This document shows positions 39,746-52,748 of a DNA stretch of 64,000 bases, piece after piece. Location of the stretch: assembly GCF_009914755.1 (NCBI RefSeq), contig NC_060929.1. The stretch is one strand, 5' to 3'. Source of the DNA: the human T2T-CHM13v2.0 reference genome, Homo sapiens. A model generated the notes under the pieces. The model had not been told where the DNA came from, ran no database searches, and saw only the letters and a program-made list of their open reading frames with translations. A program made the position numbers and the translations under genes. The first letter of the stretch is position 1. Each line of letters opens with the position of its first letter.

Positions 39746-41577
39746 GGTGGTTGTGAAAAACAGAAATTTATTATTTACAATACTGGAGTCTAAGAAGTCC
39801 AAGAGTAAGGTGCTGGCAGATTCATTGTCTGATGAGGACACATTTACTAGTTCATAGATGGTGTTTCTATCTGTTTCCTCACACAGAAGAAAGAATTAGC
39901 TAGGTCTTTGAGGTCTCGTTTTTAAGAGCACTGATCCCAATAATGAGGATTCCATCCTTGTGATCTAATTATCTCCCAAAGGCTCCACATCTTAATACCA
40001 CCATCTCCTTGGTGGTGAGAATTTCAACATATGCATCTTGGAGGAATAGAAACATTCAGGCCATAACATTCTACCCATGCCTTCCCCTACAAATTCATGT
40101 CTTTATCACATGCAACGTAATGTTTATTCTAACCCAACAGCCCCTAAATCATTATTCATTCCAGCATCAAAATTGTAATATTCAGACTCTCATCTAAATA
40201 TCATCTAATCAGATATAAATAAGACTCAAGGTACAATTTATTCTGAAGCAAATTGTTCTCCAGCTATAAACCTGTGCAAAGAAACAAATTGTATGTTTCC
40301 AATACATAGTGTGACAGGCATAGAATACATATCCCAATTCCAAAAGAAAAAAATAGGAAGGAAATGGATTATGGGTCACAGGTCCAAAGTAAATACAAAT
40401 ATCATCAAGGTAAACAATATTAAATCTTAAGTTTAGAGAATAAACTTATTTGACTCAATTTTTTGCAACCCAGTCCACTGGGCAGAGGTCACACCTTCAT
40501 GATGCATTGGGGCCCCAGCCCCACCTCATGTCTCTGCTGGGCATTGCCCTTGTGGGGGCTCTCTGCAGTTGCCATAGCTCTGTGTCAATTATTTGCCTGA
40601 GCCCCATAACTCTGCTTGGCATTCTTTGAAATCTAGTTGGAGGCAGCAAAGCCCCTACAACTTTTGCACTCTGTGTGCCAGCAGAGATGGTACCACACAG
40701 AGACTACCAAACGTATTGCCTATGTCCTTCAGAGAGGCAGCCACCAAGGCCCATGCCACACCTAGGCTTGCTAGAGTTGCACCTGGGTTGACTGAGAAGA
40801 ATGGCACTGGAATTCAGAAGTAGGGCTTTCATATTGCTCTACCTTCCATAATCTTGTCTTCTGGGCCTGTGATGTGATTAATTCCATTATAAAGGATACC
40901 ATTCCCTTCCACCATGTGAATACTGAATACACAGATAGAAGTCACTATCTATGAAACAGAAAGTGGACTTTCAGCAGACAATCAATCTGGCATCACATTG
41001 TTCTTGGACATCCTGGACTCCAGAGGCAGGGAAAGTAAATTTGTATGGTTTACAAGACACTCAGTCTGATATGTTGTTACAATTGCCTAAAAGAACAAAG
41101 AGAGAAAATTGGCAGTAGAAAGTGGAAGTGATACTATTATAAATACCTGAAAATGTAGAAGTGACTTTAAAATTGGGTGATGGGTAGAAGTTTGAACAGT
41201 TTTGAGGCACTTTCTCGCAAAAGTCTATCTTCTTTTGAACAGAATTTAAAGGATGATTCTGGTGAGAGCTCAGGAGAAGAGAAAAACTGCAGAGAGCTAT
41301 ATCTTCTTACAGAATACCTAAAGGATTGTGAACAGAATATTGGTAGAAATATAGATGGTAAAGAGCATTCCGATGAGGTCTCAGACTCATCATATTGGAT
41401 ATTGAGTTTCAACACATGATTTTTGGGGGAACATAAACGTTTAGACCATAGTATACCTATGATACTTATATGTATATCTATATGTGTATGTAAATCTATA
41501 TCTATCAATCATCTGTCTATCTATAAAATTAAATAGAATAGATTCTTACTGAGGATTTATCTAAATTTTTAAAGATA

Positions 41578-42037
41578 AATCTCTATGGGTCTCTTGTTGT
41601 CTTGCACATCTTGAAAACAGTAATAATTGTCCTTTGCCCTTAGGACTATATTTTCAAAGACATCTGCATAGCAAATAAAGCTTAGAATACAGAGATGATG
41701 TCTTCTCTGGAGCAAATATCAAGTTATTACCAGTCTTGGAAGACAGAAATACTTTGTCTCTCTGGACAAAATGACAGGCATGTTTGGGCCTCTTATAAAA
41801 TATTAGGGTTCCATAAGGTCAAGATAGCTCTCCTATACACTCTTTTTCTGCAGTCCTCCATCTAGACCTACCTCTGTCACCCTATTGGAAATTGAGTGCA
41901 AGAGAAACTAATGCAAATAAGCAATACTCAACGCTTCTTGATGAAGTCTTGTATATTCTGCAAACATCTGTAAAACTGGCAGGCTAATGCGATAACCTGC
42001 AGTTAGGTGAAATCCAAGACCCTTCAGAGTTCTTAAT
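41578..42037 (+). mobile_element. ERVL-type solo LTR (LTR47-like, tentative)
   Basis: ctatgggtctctt...ggactatattttcaaaga...cttggaagacagaaat...aaaactggcaggctaa...gacccttcagagttctt. Confidence 0.55.
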
Positions 42038-42321
42038 GCTGATACATTAAGAAAGAAATCAATGAGATGGTAAAGCTGGTTCAAAGGTCACTTCTGAAAA
42101 GAATTATACAGTGCATTATGGAGGGCATGTTGAAATAGGTTTTCTGAATTAAAGTAAGATTTTTTATTTCCATTAAAGAAATACAATTATAATCTTTGAG
42201 TTTAGTTTTTTTCACCATACAAAATTATTTTCATATTTATTAGACGTAAATATACAAGTTACATGTATTTTACAAAATGAGACTATTAAGAGTAAATAGC
42301 AAGTCAAAGTTATAAAGCCTC

Positions 42322-42756
42322 TTGTAATATTTTGCTAGGGCTGCCATAATAAAGTACCATCAACTTAGCAGCTTAAAGAACAGAAATTTATGCCCTAATT
42401 TGTGGACTCCAGAATTCCCAATTCAAGGTATCCAACAGTATTGGTTCCTTCTGAGAGCTGTGAAGAAATATCTGTTCTCTGCCTTTTCCCTATCTTCGAG
42501 TGGTTTGCTGTCAACCTTTGGTGTTTCTTGACCTGTGCATAACTCCAGTCTTCACTTGAAATTATCCCTATGTTTCTTTGTGCCCAAATTTTATTTTTAA
42601 ATGCAGGCACAGTTATATAGGAATAGAGCATTACTTAATATAACCTTATATTAACTTATCATCTACAAAGACTCTATTTCCAAATTAGATCATATTCACA
42701 GATACTAGGGGTTAAGATTTCAGTATCTTTTTGGAGGACTGATTCAAGTTATAAAA
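42322..42756 (-). mobile_element. MLT1C-like LTR
   Basis: tttgctagggctgccataataaagtacc...ttggttccttctgagagctgtga...gatactaggggttaagatttca. Confidence 0.85.
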
Positions 42757-43257
42757 TCCTCCATAGGCATGATAGGGAATGCTTTAAATTGGCATTGAAA
42801 AGACCTCCTGCCATCTCTTTTTCAATTTTCATATTGTGGATATCTTTTATTAATAATATTTTAATAATTCTCTCTTTGGGGGTTAGAAATGTTTTCAATA
42901 TATTTTCAAGACTGCAGAATATTCTTTTTCAAATTATTTTTAAATAAGACACAGAAATTCCAAACAATCAGGTAGGGTGTGCTTGAGAGTGAGTGACTCA
43001 TCTAGGATGACTTATTACATTTTAAGCTTAAATTGTTTAATTAGGTGACATTTACAAAGACTTAAAAATGCAGGAACTTTATAATGCAAGATATGCAGCC
43101 GCCATACCTTCCTTAACTTGTAGATTGTTCTATCATCATTTGCCCTGTACTTTACATGCTAATGTGATGCCGTCCTTCAGTTGTATCTTATTTGCTTTAA
43201 TTTCAGACGGTATTGTTGTTTTATACTCTATTGTGTGCTCATATTAAATATGGTTAA

Positions 43258-43668
43258 TATCATGGACTGAATTGTGGTCTCCCAAAATTTATATGTTGAA
43301 GTCTTATCCTCCTTTGTGAATGCATTTGAAAATAGGACATTTAAGGAGATAATTAAGGGAAACTGAGGTCATAAGTGTAGAGCCTTAGTATAATAGACAG
43401 ATGTTCTTGATAAAAGAGAAAGAGACCCTAGAGACTGCTCTCACTGTGTCTGTATATGCACAAAGGAAAGGTCATGTAAGGACACAGCAAGAAGGTGGCC
43501 ATTTGCAAGCTTTCTAGCCTCTCTTTCTAGAGAGGCCTGATCAGAATCCACCCTGCTGGACCTTGATTGTGAACTTCCAGCCTCCAGTACTGTGGTAATG
43601 TAAATTTATGTTGTTTAAGCCACTCAGTCTGTGGTATTTTGTTATGACAGCCCAACAAGACTAATATA
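43258..43668 (+). mobile_element. MLT1A/B-like LTR
   Basis: tggactgaattgtggtctcccaaaatttatatgttgaagtc...ttgtttaagccactcagtctgtggtattttgttatgacagccc. Confidence 0.85.
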
Positions 43669-44407
43669 ATTACCAGTTTTCTTGTTTACCACTAATTTTT
43701 GCATTCAGGTCTTCCATCCAGAAGGAACATTCATGTAGTCTATTATTCCAAGGGAGCTGCTATTTGATGCCTCTCTTTTCTCTAATAAATTTGTCTTCCA
43801 AACTTCATCCACCTGCAGGTCAAGGTTTTCTCATTGGTCCTTGCCAACATCTCCAGTAGCTCCATAATCTATATAAAGTGTCCCCGATTCTGACAATTGC
43901 CTTTTCATCTTTCCAATTCTAGTTCTTTTGAAGTTCCACAGCGAGAATATGATGGTGGTAAATTATATTTTTTTGTTCGTTTATTTGTAAATATATTGTC
44001 TCTACTCCTGTTTTTGAATAACTACTGTGAGCTTGAATTCTACATGAAGGGAATTTTCTCTTAGTACATAAAAGACATATTCAATTGTCTTTTGACTTCT
44101 ACTGCTGTTAAGAATATGCTATTCATCTTTCTCTGTACTTTTGTAAATAGCTCTTTTCCTTTTCCAACATCATTTAAAGTCTCTCTCTCTGTTATTTATT
44201 TTACATTCATTAATAGTTTTTACTGTTCTGCGTTGTTTGCAGGATAATTATTTAAAACTACAATCCAGTTAATTAATGCTCTCTTTAGGTGGCCTAAACT
44301 GATGATTAGATAATGAATCAATATTTTAATTTAAGCTACATTTTCTTCATTTCTAGAAGCCTATTAATTTTTTTCCAAAACATATCTTGTATTATGCCTT
44401 GGTCTTT

Positions 44408-44833
44408 GTTGTGGATTGAAATGCATCTTCCAAACAGATGATGAAGTTTTAACCCTCCATATCTATGAAAGTGGCCTTATTTGGACTTTGCAGATGATCA
44501 AGTAAAGATGAGGTCACTAGGATAGGAACTAATACAATATAGCTGATGTCCTTATTAAAAGTGGAAATTTGGACACAGAAGCAGATACATAGGGATTTAA
44601 GCCAATATGAAGTCACAAGGGAAAATACTTTCTACAAAGCCAGGAATGCCTGAGGTACCAGAAGCCAAGGAAAGGCATAGGACAGAATCTCTCTCACAGT
44701 CCTCAGAAGGAACCAATCCTTTCAATACCTTGATTTCAGATTTCAGCCTCCAAAACTGAAAGAAAATAAATTCCTGCAGTTTAAGCCACCCAGTTTATGG
44801 TCCCTTGTTATTGCAGCCCCAGAAGGCAAATTA
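44408..44833 (+). mobile_element. MLT1B/C-like LTR
   Basis: tgttgtggattgaa...cctcagaaggaaccaatcct...tttaagccacccagtttatgg. Confidence 0.85.
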
Positions 44834-47254
44834 CCTTCTGTGTTTTTTTTGTTTTACTTCCCTTTACACATTCTATAAATACTATCTATTAATGAAACAT
44901 ATCTGATTGATCTATTATATGTACTTAGAATTTCAGTTCTACATTTTATTTTCGTGGATAACATACTAAGGAGAATCAATAGTTTATCTCCAGTAATTAT
45001 TTGTGTTTGCTTTTGCCAGGTGTCTTGGTACGCTGCCAAACCCAGGAGCACAGAATAGCATAAATTCATACCCCTACGCTACATGAAGAGAATACAATTT
45101 ACATGTAAGATATTATTTTAATTTTAGAGAAAATACGTGGATTTGAGAAAACAAAAATATTGTTAAAGGATTGTAAATTAGGTTGGTTAAAAGATCAAAA
45201 ACACTGAATTTGGAACTTGTAGGATGAAGTCACATTTCTCCTGTTGAAATTTTAGTATTTAATAAAGTCCCTGGACCTCAGTAACATTACCTACAAATTT
45301 AGATTAATAATATTGTATTTCTAATGCTTTAGTGGGTATTATCTGGAAAAGCATGGTGATTGATACATTATGGCAATTCTGAACTATCTATTCAATCATT
45401 TATTCACAGAGAAATGTTCTCCGGAGAGTAAACTATTTGATTTGATTCCAGATTAATTCTTAGACTCATATTTTCATGTATGTGTCAGTTAAAAATAGGC
45501 TTATTTGGGGCTTATTTGGTATTTTATGCTTAACAACTTCTAAAATGTAAATGAATCATGTTGTATGTAAAATTTAATACATTTTAACACCTAGAATTAA
45601 ATGTTCTACTTATCACTCAATCGCTTCAAAATTCTAGATATTTAAAGCATAGGGACTCAGGGTGAAAGCTGAGCCTAATGTGAAAACAGCTGGAAGCATT
45701 TTCTACATTAATTTAGTTTCTTCCAGCATGATTACTCATTGTTTTCCTTTGCATGTTTTTTTCTTTTATACACATCTTAATATTCAAAAATTATGGCAAA
45801 ACTATTCAGTGTTCGAGTTCTTACTTCAGAATAATGTATTTCAATTTTTATTCATAGTAATTATTAGATAAATATTTAATTTTTGCTCTAAAGGAAGTTA
45901 CATATTTCTCTTACAATTCTTTACATATAATCGATTTTATTTAATTTGGTAGGTATTTGCCATTTCTAATATATATTATATGATCAAATTTAAACAAATT
46001 TCATTGTATATTTACTCAAAATGTAATTTGTGTACTGGATTCATTTTTTGTAAAACCATTGTTATTTGTGATCAAGACTTCATTAGCTTTTCCTATAAAT
46101 AATTATACCATCATTTACAGTAGACAAACATATATATACACATATAGACATATCAGAGTTTATAGACTTTTAAGTAGTCATTATTAATTTAAAAAATAAC
46201 ATATTGGCAAGGTAATGTTTCATCTGACTCTCACATCTCACATATATGTATTATTCCATAATTTATTAGAATTTTTATACAATGACCTCTGATACCTTTT
46301 TCACCTGGCATATTTTTATATCTTTTGGAAAAAAATTAAATTTTAAAATGTCATTAAAATGCACATGTTTTATTATAAACTATTTATAAAGAATATAAGA
46401 TTTATTTTGAATATGAATATTTCATATTTGACCTGAATTTTCAAAATTTAGTGACTTTCATTGTGCTCTGCATTTTGATTTTTTAAAATAACACTAGAAA
46501 TTTTTCACGTTTTCTTTTCATATGGAACTTAAATACTTTATGATCATGTTAGCTTAAAAAACCTAAATAGTATGAAATCACATCTTCACGTTTCATATAG
46601 ATTCAGCAGTTATAACTTTAAAATTAATTTAAACTCATTACTTGGTGTAGGAGAATAACAAAGCTTGATTTTGTATAAATATCACAATGTAACCCAATAT
46701 CAACTTATTCGAAATAACAACTATTTAGATGCTAGTATTAACAGTTAATGATGGAAAAGGAAAGAACAGGAGAACCATTCCTAAATTTATCAAAGTAAGA
46801 GCCTTGACACATAATGATTCACACTATTAAAAGACTAAATGAGACTGGAATGGTTCAATTTTTCTAAGTACTAGGATTGCCAGAAGAACAGGCCATATAA
46901 TTGGAAATAAAACTTGGTGGAAGACATAGAAACCATGTTTAAATAATTGGCAGATAATGAGGATATTGAGCGGATGTGAAAGGGACCAAAAACCTTAAAG
47001 GTTGTGAAGCTATAGATTGACTGAAGAAAATGCATTACCACAGCATAGAGTTAAACTATACCAATAAAGAATATAGGAGTTTGGCTTCTGAAATTCAAAT
47101 GCAATTTGTTTTAGTTATAAAGGAAAACAAAAATAAAATATGAAGAATAATGTAATATATGGAGTAAATATAAATGAATAGGTAATTTGATTCTCATTAG
47201 TTATTCTCAGGTACACCAAGAGAAATACCTGAGAAAAGCAACCAAGAAATAACA

Positions 47255-47812
47255 TTTTAAAATTTAAACTTTTATTTTAGATACAGGGAAGACATGCACA
47301 GCTTGTTACTTGGGTATATTGCACCTAGATTATGAGCACAGTACAATAGGTCGTTTTCTAACCCACACCTCTCTCCCTCCTCCCTCTAGAAGTCCACAGT
47401 GTCTGTTATTCCCATCTTTATGTCCATGTGTTCTCAATGTTTAACTCCCACTTGTGAGAACATGCAGTATTTGGTTTTCTATTCCTGCATTAGTTTGATT
47501 AAGATTATCGCTTCCAGTTGCATCTATGTTGCTGCAAACGCCAGGATTTCATTCTTTTTTCTGTCTGTATAGTTTTCCATGGTGTATATGTAACCACATT
47601 TTCATTATCCAACCCACTGTTGATGAGGACCTGGGCCGATTCTATGTCTTTGCTATTATGAATAGCACAGGAATGAACTTAAAAATGCATTTTTTTTGGT
47701 ATATTTTCCTGTGGGCATACACTCAGTAATGGGATTTCTGGGCGAAATGGTAGCTCTGTTTTAAGTTGTTTGAGATCTCTTCAAACTACTTTCCTCAGTG
47801 GCTGAACTAATT
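47255..47812 (-). mobile_element. L1PA15/16-like 3' end
   Basis: aacttttattttagatacaggg...tttatgtccatgtgttctcaatgtttaactcccac...cagtggctgaactaatt. Confidence 0.85.
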
Positions 47813-47879
47813 GAAGCATATACGGAGACAATCTAATGTTTTGTTAAAATTCCAAAATATATTTATATTTACTAAATAG

Positions 47880-50320
47880 CTTTTATAATCATCCTAATGA
47901 ATGTGAAGTGGTATCTCATTGTGGTTTTAATATGCATTTCCCTAATGGCTAAAAATATTGAGCAACTTTTTATGTTCTTATTGGACATTTTTATATCTCT
48001 TTGGAAAAGTGTTTATCCAGATTGGCTTACCGTTTTTTTTTTAAGTTAGGTTATTTGCCATGTTATTACTAACTTATAAGAAACATTTATATATTATGGA
48101 TATATCTATCATTAAATATCTTATTTGAATAAATTTTTCTGTTCTATGAGTTATCTTTCAGAAGAGGTCTGGCTCAAATCTTAATGTTTGATTGTTTACA
48201 TTTATCAAGTCCCTCCTCCTCTCTCTCTCTTTACCTTTTACCTATCTGGACAAAACATTAAGAAAGCTCAGGGATTTTTCCTATTGACACCAGCAGGAAG
48301 TTCAAACCACACAAAACCTGGAGGCATGTAGGAATACTGTCCCTGCCACATCCCTTATTCACCATAGAATCGAAGGTCAAGAATCCTTCCTACTTTTTCA
48401 AGCCATTTTGGAACAGCTGGGAGGATACCCACTTTTGTCAGAAAGCCTGAATATTCATTTAACAAATTTCTTCATATCCTCTTGGCATGTATGTGTGAGA
48501 CATCATCAGTCATGACATGTAAACAAATTTTGAGTTTGTGTGGGAGGATCCATCCCATCTACCTGAGTTACTAAAAAATCTTTCATTTCTCTGATGTTGT
48601 TCTTTGAAGTACAATTGTTTTAACTTTTGATGAAATCAAATTTATGAATTTTTTGTTGTTGCTTTTGGTTTCAGCATCTTTTGTGCGAAGGTATTTCCCA
48701 ACACTGTCAAATATTACTCATGTTTTTCCTTCAAAAGGTTTTCTAGATTTTAGTTCTTACATCTAAGTTTAAGAGTCGATTTTAGTTAACTTTTGAACAT
48801 GGTTAACGTAGGGGTTCAATTTGATTCTTTTTCATATGGATAGCCATTTACATTACATATATGTGTGTGTGTATATATATATATAAAACACACACTATTT
48901 GCAATTATAAATATGTATTTTTAAAAGACTTTTCAAAATTGCTTAAGCAGTTTTAAAAATTCAGTTGACCATTACTGTAAAAATATATTTATAGACTCTC
49001 AATGCTGTTACCTTTACTTTTATTTCTATACAGTCAGTAACAAACATTCCTAATTAGTTTCTAGATTTGGAGAAAATATTAAAATTGAAAAATATGAGCC
49101 TAATTTGTTCTTTATTAGGACACATTTTGCTATTCTGACCCACTTGATTTTCCACATAAATTTTAGAAATAGCTTTAAAATGTCACCTGGTGTTTTGATA
49201 GTGATTCCTCAAAATCTGTAGACTAATGTGAAGACTATTGCCATCTTAATAATAAATCATCTGATCCGTAAACATGAAATGTCTTTAATTTGTTTTGGTC
49301 TGCTTTAAGTTTTTTGACAATAGGTTATTTAAAAAAATTTTTGAATTATCTACTGCATGTATACAGAAAGGCAAATAGTTTTTGTACATTGTTCTTGTAT
49401 CCTATAACTTTAATGGACTCATTTTTAGTTTTAACATTTTGTAGTGGATTCCTTTTTTTTTATTGTATACAAGATCATGTCATCCTTTCCTAACCTAATA
49501 GCTCTTATTTGTTTTTCTCACCTCATTGTCCTATCTAGATCATCCAGTACGGTATTAAGTACAAGTGGCAAAAGTGGGCATGTTTGTATCGTTCCCAGCT
49601 TTATGGAATCTCACTGTTATGTAGGTTTCAGAATGTCTCTTATCATGTTGAGAAAGTTTCTTTCTCCTTGTTTGTTGACAGTGTTTACCAAGAAAAAGTG
49701 TTATATTTTAAAAATATATTTTGTTATCATCTATTGAGATTATTATTAATGAATTTTGTCTGTGCTATTCTGATATGGTATATTATATTAATTGATTTTT
49801 GGACATTAAATAAACCATACATCCCTGGAATATTTCTCCTTTGGTGCATTTCATCTTTTTTTCTGTGACACCGAGCTCGACTTGCCAGAATTTTGTTGAG
49901 TATTTTAAATCAACATTCACAAGTGATATTTTTATTAATTTGTTTTCTTTTGGTTGTCTTTAACTGGTTTTGGTATCAACATAATATGATTTTCACAGAA
50001 TGTATTTTGAGGTTTGTAAATATTTTACCTTAACTTAAAAAGAAAATGTTTGCTAGAATTTACCAGTGAAGACATCTAGGCCCAGGCTTTTCTTTCAGGA
50101 GATTTTTAAAAAATTATTAATTTGTCTCTTTACTTGCTAGAGGCTTGTCAGAATTTCTATTTATTCTTGAGTAAGTTTCAGTAGCTTGTGCCTTTCTAGG
50201 AATATTTCCTTTCAATATAGATGATCTAATTTGTTACTATACAGTTGTTTTTAAAATTAACTTACGCTAAATTCATTCCTATTAAGTAGGCAAAATGTTT
50301 GTCAGTTTGTTATTTTCCTG
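47880..50320 (-). mobile_element. Ancient L1M ORF2 segment, interrupted by an LTR
   Basis: gtgaagtggtatctcattgtggtttt; tagaatttaccagtgaagacatctaggccca. Confidence 0.75.
48160..48578 (+). mobile_element. MER54-like ERVL LTR
   Basis: ggaagttcaaaccacacaa...tcaagccattttggaacagctgggag...gaaagcct. tctttca is duplicated on both sides. Confidence 0.65.
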
Positions 50321-50409
50321 GAGCCAACAATTGGTTTTCTTCTGAGGACTCTGTCCTTGGATTCCAGATCGTTACCTTCTCCCTGCGTTTTCACAAACTC
50401 CTCTCTGAG

Positions 50410-51103
50410 TCTTACAGGCTGAGTTGTGACTCCCCCAAAATTCATATGTTGAAGTCGTAATGCTTAGTACCTCAAAATTAAGTTAAAATGAGGTCATCAG
50501 GATGGGCACTATTTCAATATGACTGGTCTCCCTATAAGTAGAGAAGATCAGTATACAGATATGTACACAGGAAACACCATGTGGAGACATCAGGAGAAGA
50601 TGGCCATCTACTAGCCAAGGAGAGAGGCTGGGAAGAAAAACTCTGCTAGCAACTTAGTCTTAGAATTTGGGCTATAGAATTGTACGATAATAAACTGCTG
50701 GCTGGGTACGGTGGCTCATGCCTGCAATCCCAGCACTTTGGGAAGCTGAGGTGGGCAGATTGCTTGAGCCCTGGAATTTGAGAGCAGCCTGGGCAACATG
50801 GCAAAATCCCACCTGTACAAAAAATACAAATATTAGTCAGATGTGGTGGAGCATGCCTGTAGTCCCAGCTATTCAGGAGGCTGAGGTGGGAAGATCACCT
50901 GAGCCTGGGAAGTCAAGGCTGCAATGAGCCACGATTACACCATTGCATTAGGGGCTGGGTGATAGGAGTGAGACCCTGTCTCAAAAAATAAAAAATAAAA
51001 AAAAAAGAATGAAAAGAAAAGAAAACAAAAAAGAGAGAGAAACTTCTGTTGTTTAAGCCACTCAGTCTGTGACTGCATTCTGGCAGTCTTGGCAAATAAT
51101 ACA
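50410..51103 (+). mobile_element. MLT1B-like LTR interrupted by an AluJ
   Basis: cccccaaaattcatatgttgaagtc...gagaagatggccatctactagccaaggagagaggc...ttgtttaagccactcagtctgtg...aataca. Confidence 0.85.
50700..51040 (+). mobile_element. AluJ
   Basis: gattgcttgagccc, gcctgggcaacatggcaaaatccc and gtcaaggctgcaatgagcc are J diagnostics. Confidence 0.9.
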
Positions 51104-51359
51104 GTGAAGTATCTACATAAATAATTTGGAATTATTCCACATGGCATATTTTGCTATTGTTTCCATTTATTTACTCAGTCATTTATGTCAGTATAGACTT
51201 GTGGGTATTAATTTTATAGTTTGAGTAATAATCAAATACTCTGTGTTTATTTGTTACTCACGTTGCTCCAGATTTGGACTTTGTGAGCTCTTTCAGTTGG
51301 CTCTTGTGTCCTATTGAAATAAACCAATCTTTTTTTCTTCTTATTTACTGCTTCCTTAC

Positions 51360-51878
51360 TTCTGAGCTACATGTTTAGCAAGTGTGTTTGATCAGGAATA
51401 GAAGTCTGAATGAGCATTTCTAGACACTACACACTAGCATTGCCAAGGAAAACACAATGCAGTCAAATGCTGGATGGAAAAAGGTTTTACTTACATAGAG
51501 GAGACAGCATATGATTAGCCTTAGTCTTGGGCATTAGTTCCGGATGGCCAGTGGGCCCCTCCCAGTAGTTGACACAGGGCAATTTGTTTATATGCACAAT
51601 TCTTGTGCTGCAGCAGGAAGACCTCAACCACTCCCTGCAGAGCACAGAGATAGTAGTGGGATTGGCCACGTGTCATTTGATGCATATGCTTAAACAGAAC
51701 AAAGGAGTTCTCAATGAGCCTAAAACAGAGAATGATATTCCCACACGAGGAGAAAAGTCCAGCACAGGTAGCAAGGACTCTTTCTCTCTTGGTAAAGACA
51801 TACTCCAGGCCCAAGGTCCATTCTATGCATCTAGGTGGAAGTCAAAAGAGTACATGCACGGAACTACCTTTCCCAACA
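51360..51878 (-). mobile_element. ERV solo LTR (MER70-like, tentative)
   Basis: GC-richer block ending ...gaactacctttcccaaca (tgttgggaaagg on the - strand). It interrupts collinear L1MC sequence. Confidence 0.55.
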
Positions 51879-52084
51879 AAACAAGCTGTCCCAGGTTCAT
51901 CTGTCTCGTATATTTCCGGCCTCAGTCCTAGAATCAGCCATATCTCCAAGAAGCCCTGATTCTTTCTATTGAAAAAGAGTATAAGAAACCATGATCTGGG
52001 CACTGTGTATGCTCATTACTGCAGGATATTGCTGCTAGTAGACTCCCTCAGCTAAGAGCAAGCAAATACATGTGTGAATACATG

Positions 52085-52748
52085 AGGACTCCATCTACTG
52101 GCCAAACATTTATGTGCCATTTTCAGTCCTAGCCATGGGCATTACAAAGGTTTATGTGGGCGTTATATGCCCTTCCCATAGCTGACTTTGTGCTCAGCAA
52201 ATTTGTTACGGTCTCTAGAAAAAACTCAGCCTTCACTCTTGGTCAGCCATGCTTTTAAGCATATATACATTTTTGCCCAGGAAACTTCATTCCTCCGTCT
52301 CTATCTGGAGTTTCCAGCCAGGGTCTTCTGGCACCTCTGCAGAGGCCTCCTTATCAGGTGACGAAAGACATATTTGAAGTCACTTTTACCCACTGTGAAT
52401 CGATACTCAGTGCTTTCTAGCCCTCCCTTTTCTCCTTACAACCTCACTCTTCCCAACCCTTAGGCCGGGGTTTATAAAACAGCAGAAATCTTTTGTACAA
52501 GGTTTCTAAATAGGGTGAAGGCGTTTGTGTCTGCTGATCCACTTGACCCTTGAGTGGCACATTATTATGTGGGGGGTAATGGAAAGGGGAAGGGGAAGTC
52601 TGCCACTTTCTCACATTTAGACTCTTGCTTATACCACTGGAGTAAGTGATTAAATGCTCAACTCTTTCATTTTGGCTTGTTTTTAAGCAACTACTCTTAA
52701 CACCTTGCCGCTCAGCTCTCTCTCTCCAGCTCAGCTAAGCGCCAGGCA
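52085..52748 (+). mobile_element. ERV solo LTR (ERVL-type, family tentative)
   Basis: Interrupts L1MC. Its 3' half is homologous to 34960-35298 and ends cagctcagctaagcgccaggca. Confidence 0.65.

Larger units (their letters stand above)
38781..41453 (-). mobile_element. MLT1A-type MaLR provirus: 3' LTR 38781-40068, internal 40069-~40880, inverted block ~40880-41385, 5' LTR start 41386-41453
   Basis: tagtcca..ttgggctgctataacaaaatacc marks the LTR end; acattcaggccataaca is followed by MaLR internal sequence; a + strand LTR-end/internal-start block follows; final ttcaacacatgatttttgggggaacataaacgtttagaccatagta. Confidence 0.8.

Noticed and set aside
41167-41508. Acidic/Ser-rich ORFs on both strands
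   Set aside because: They derive from MaLR internal sequence at the start of MLT1A-int.
51521-51959. Overlapping 81-120-aa ORFs on both strands
   Set aside because: They lie within an LTR-like insertion and L1MC, and I recognise no protein family.
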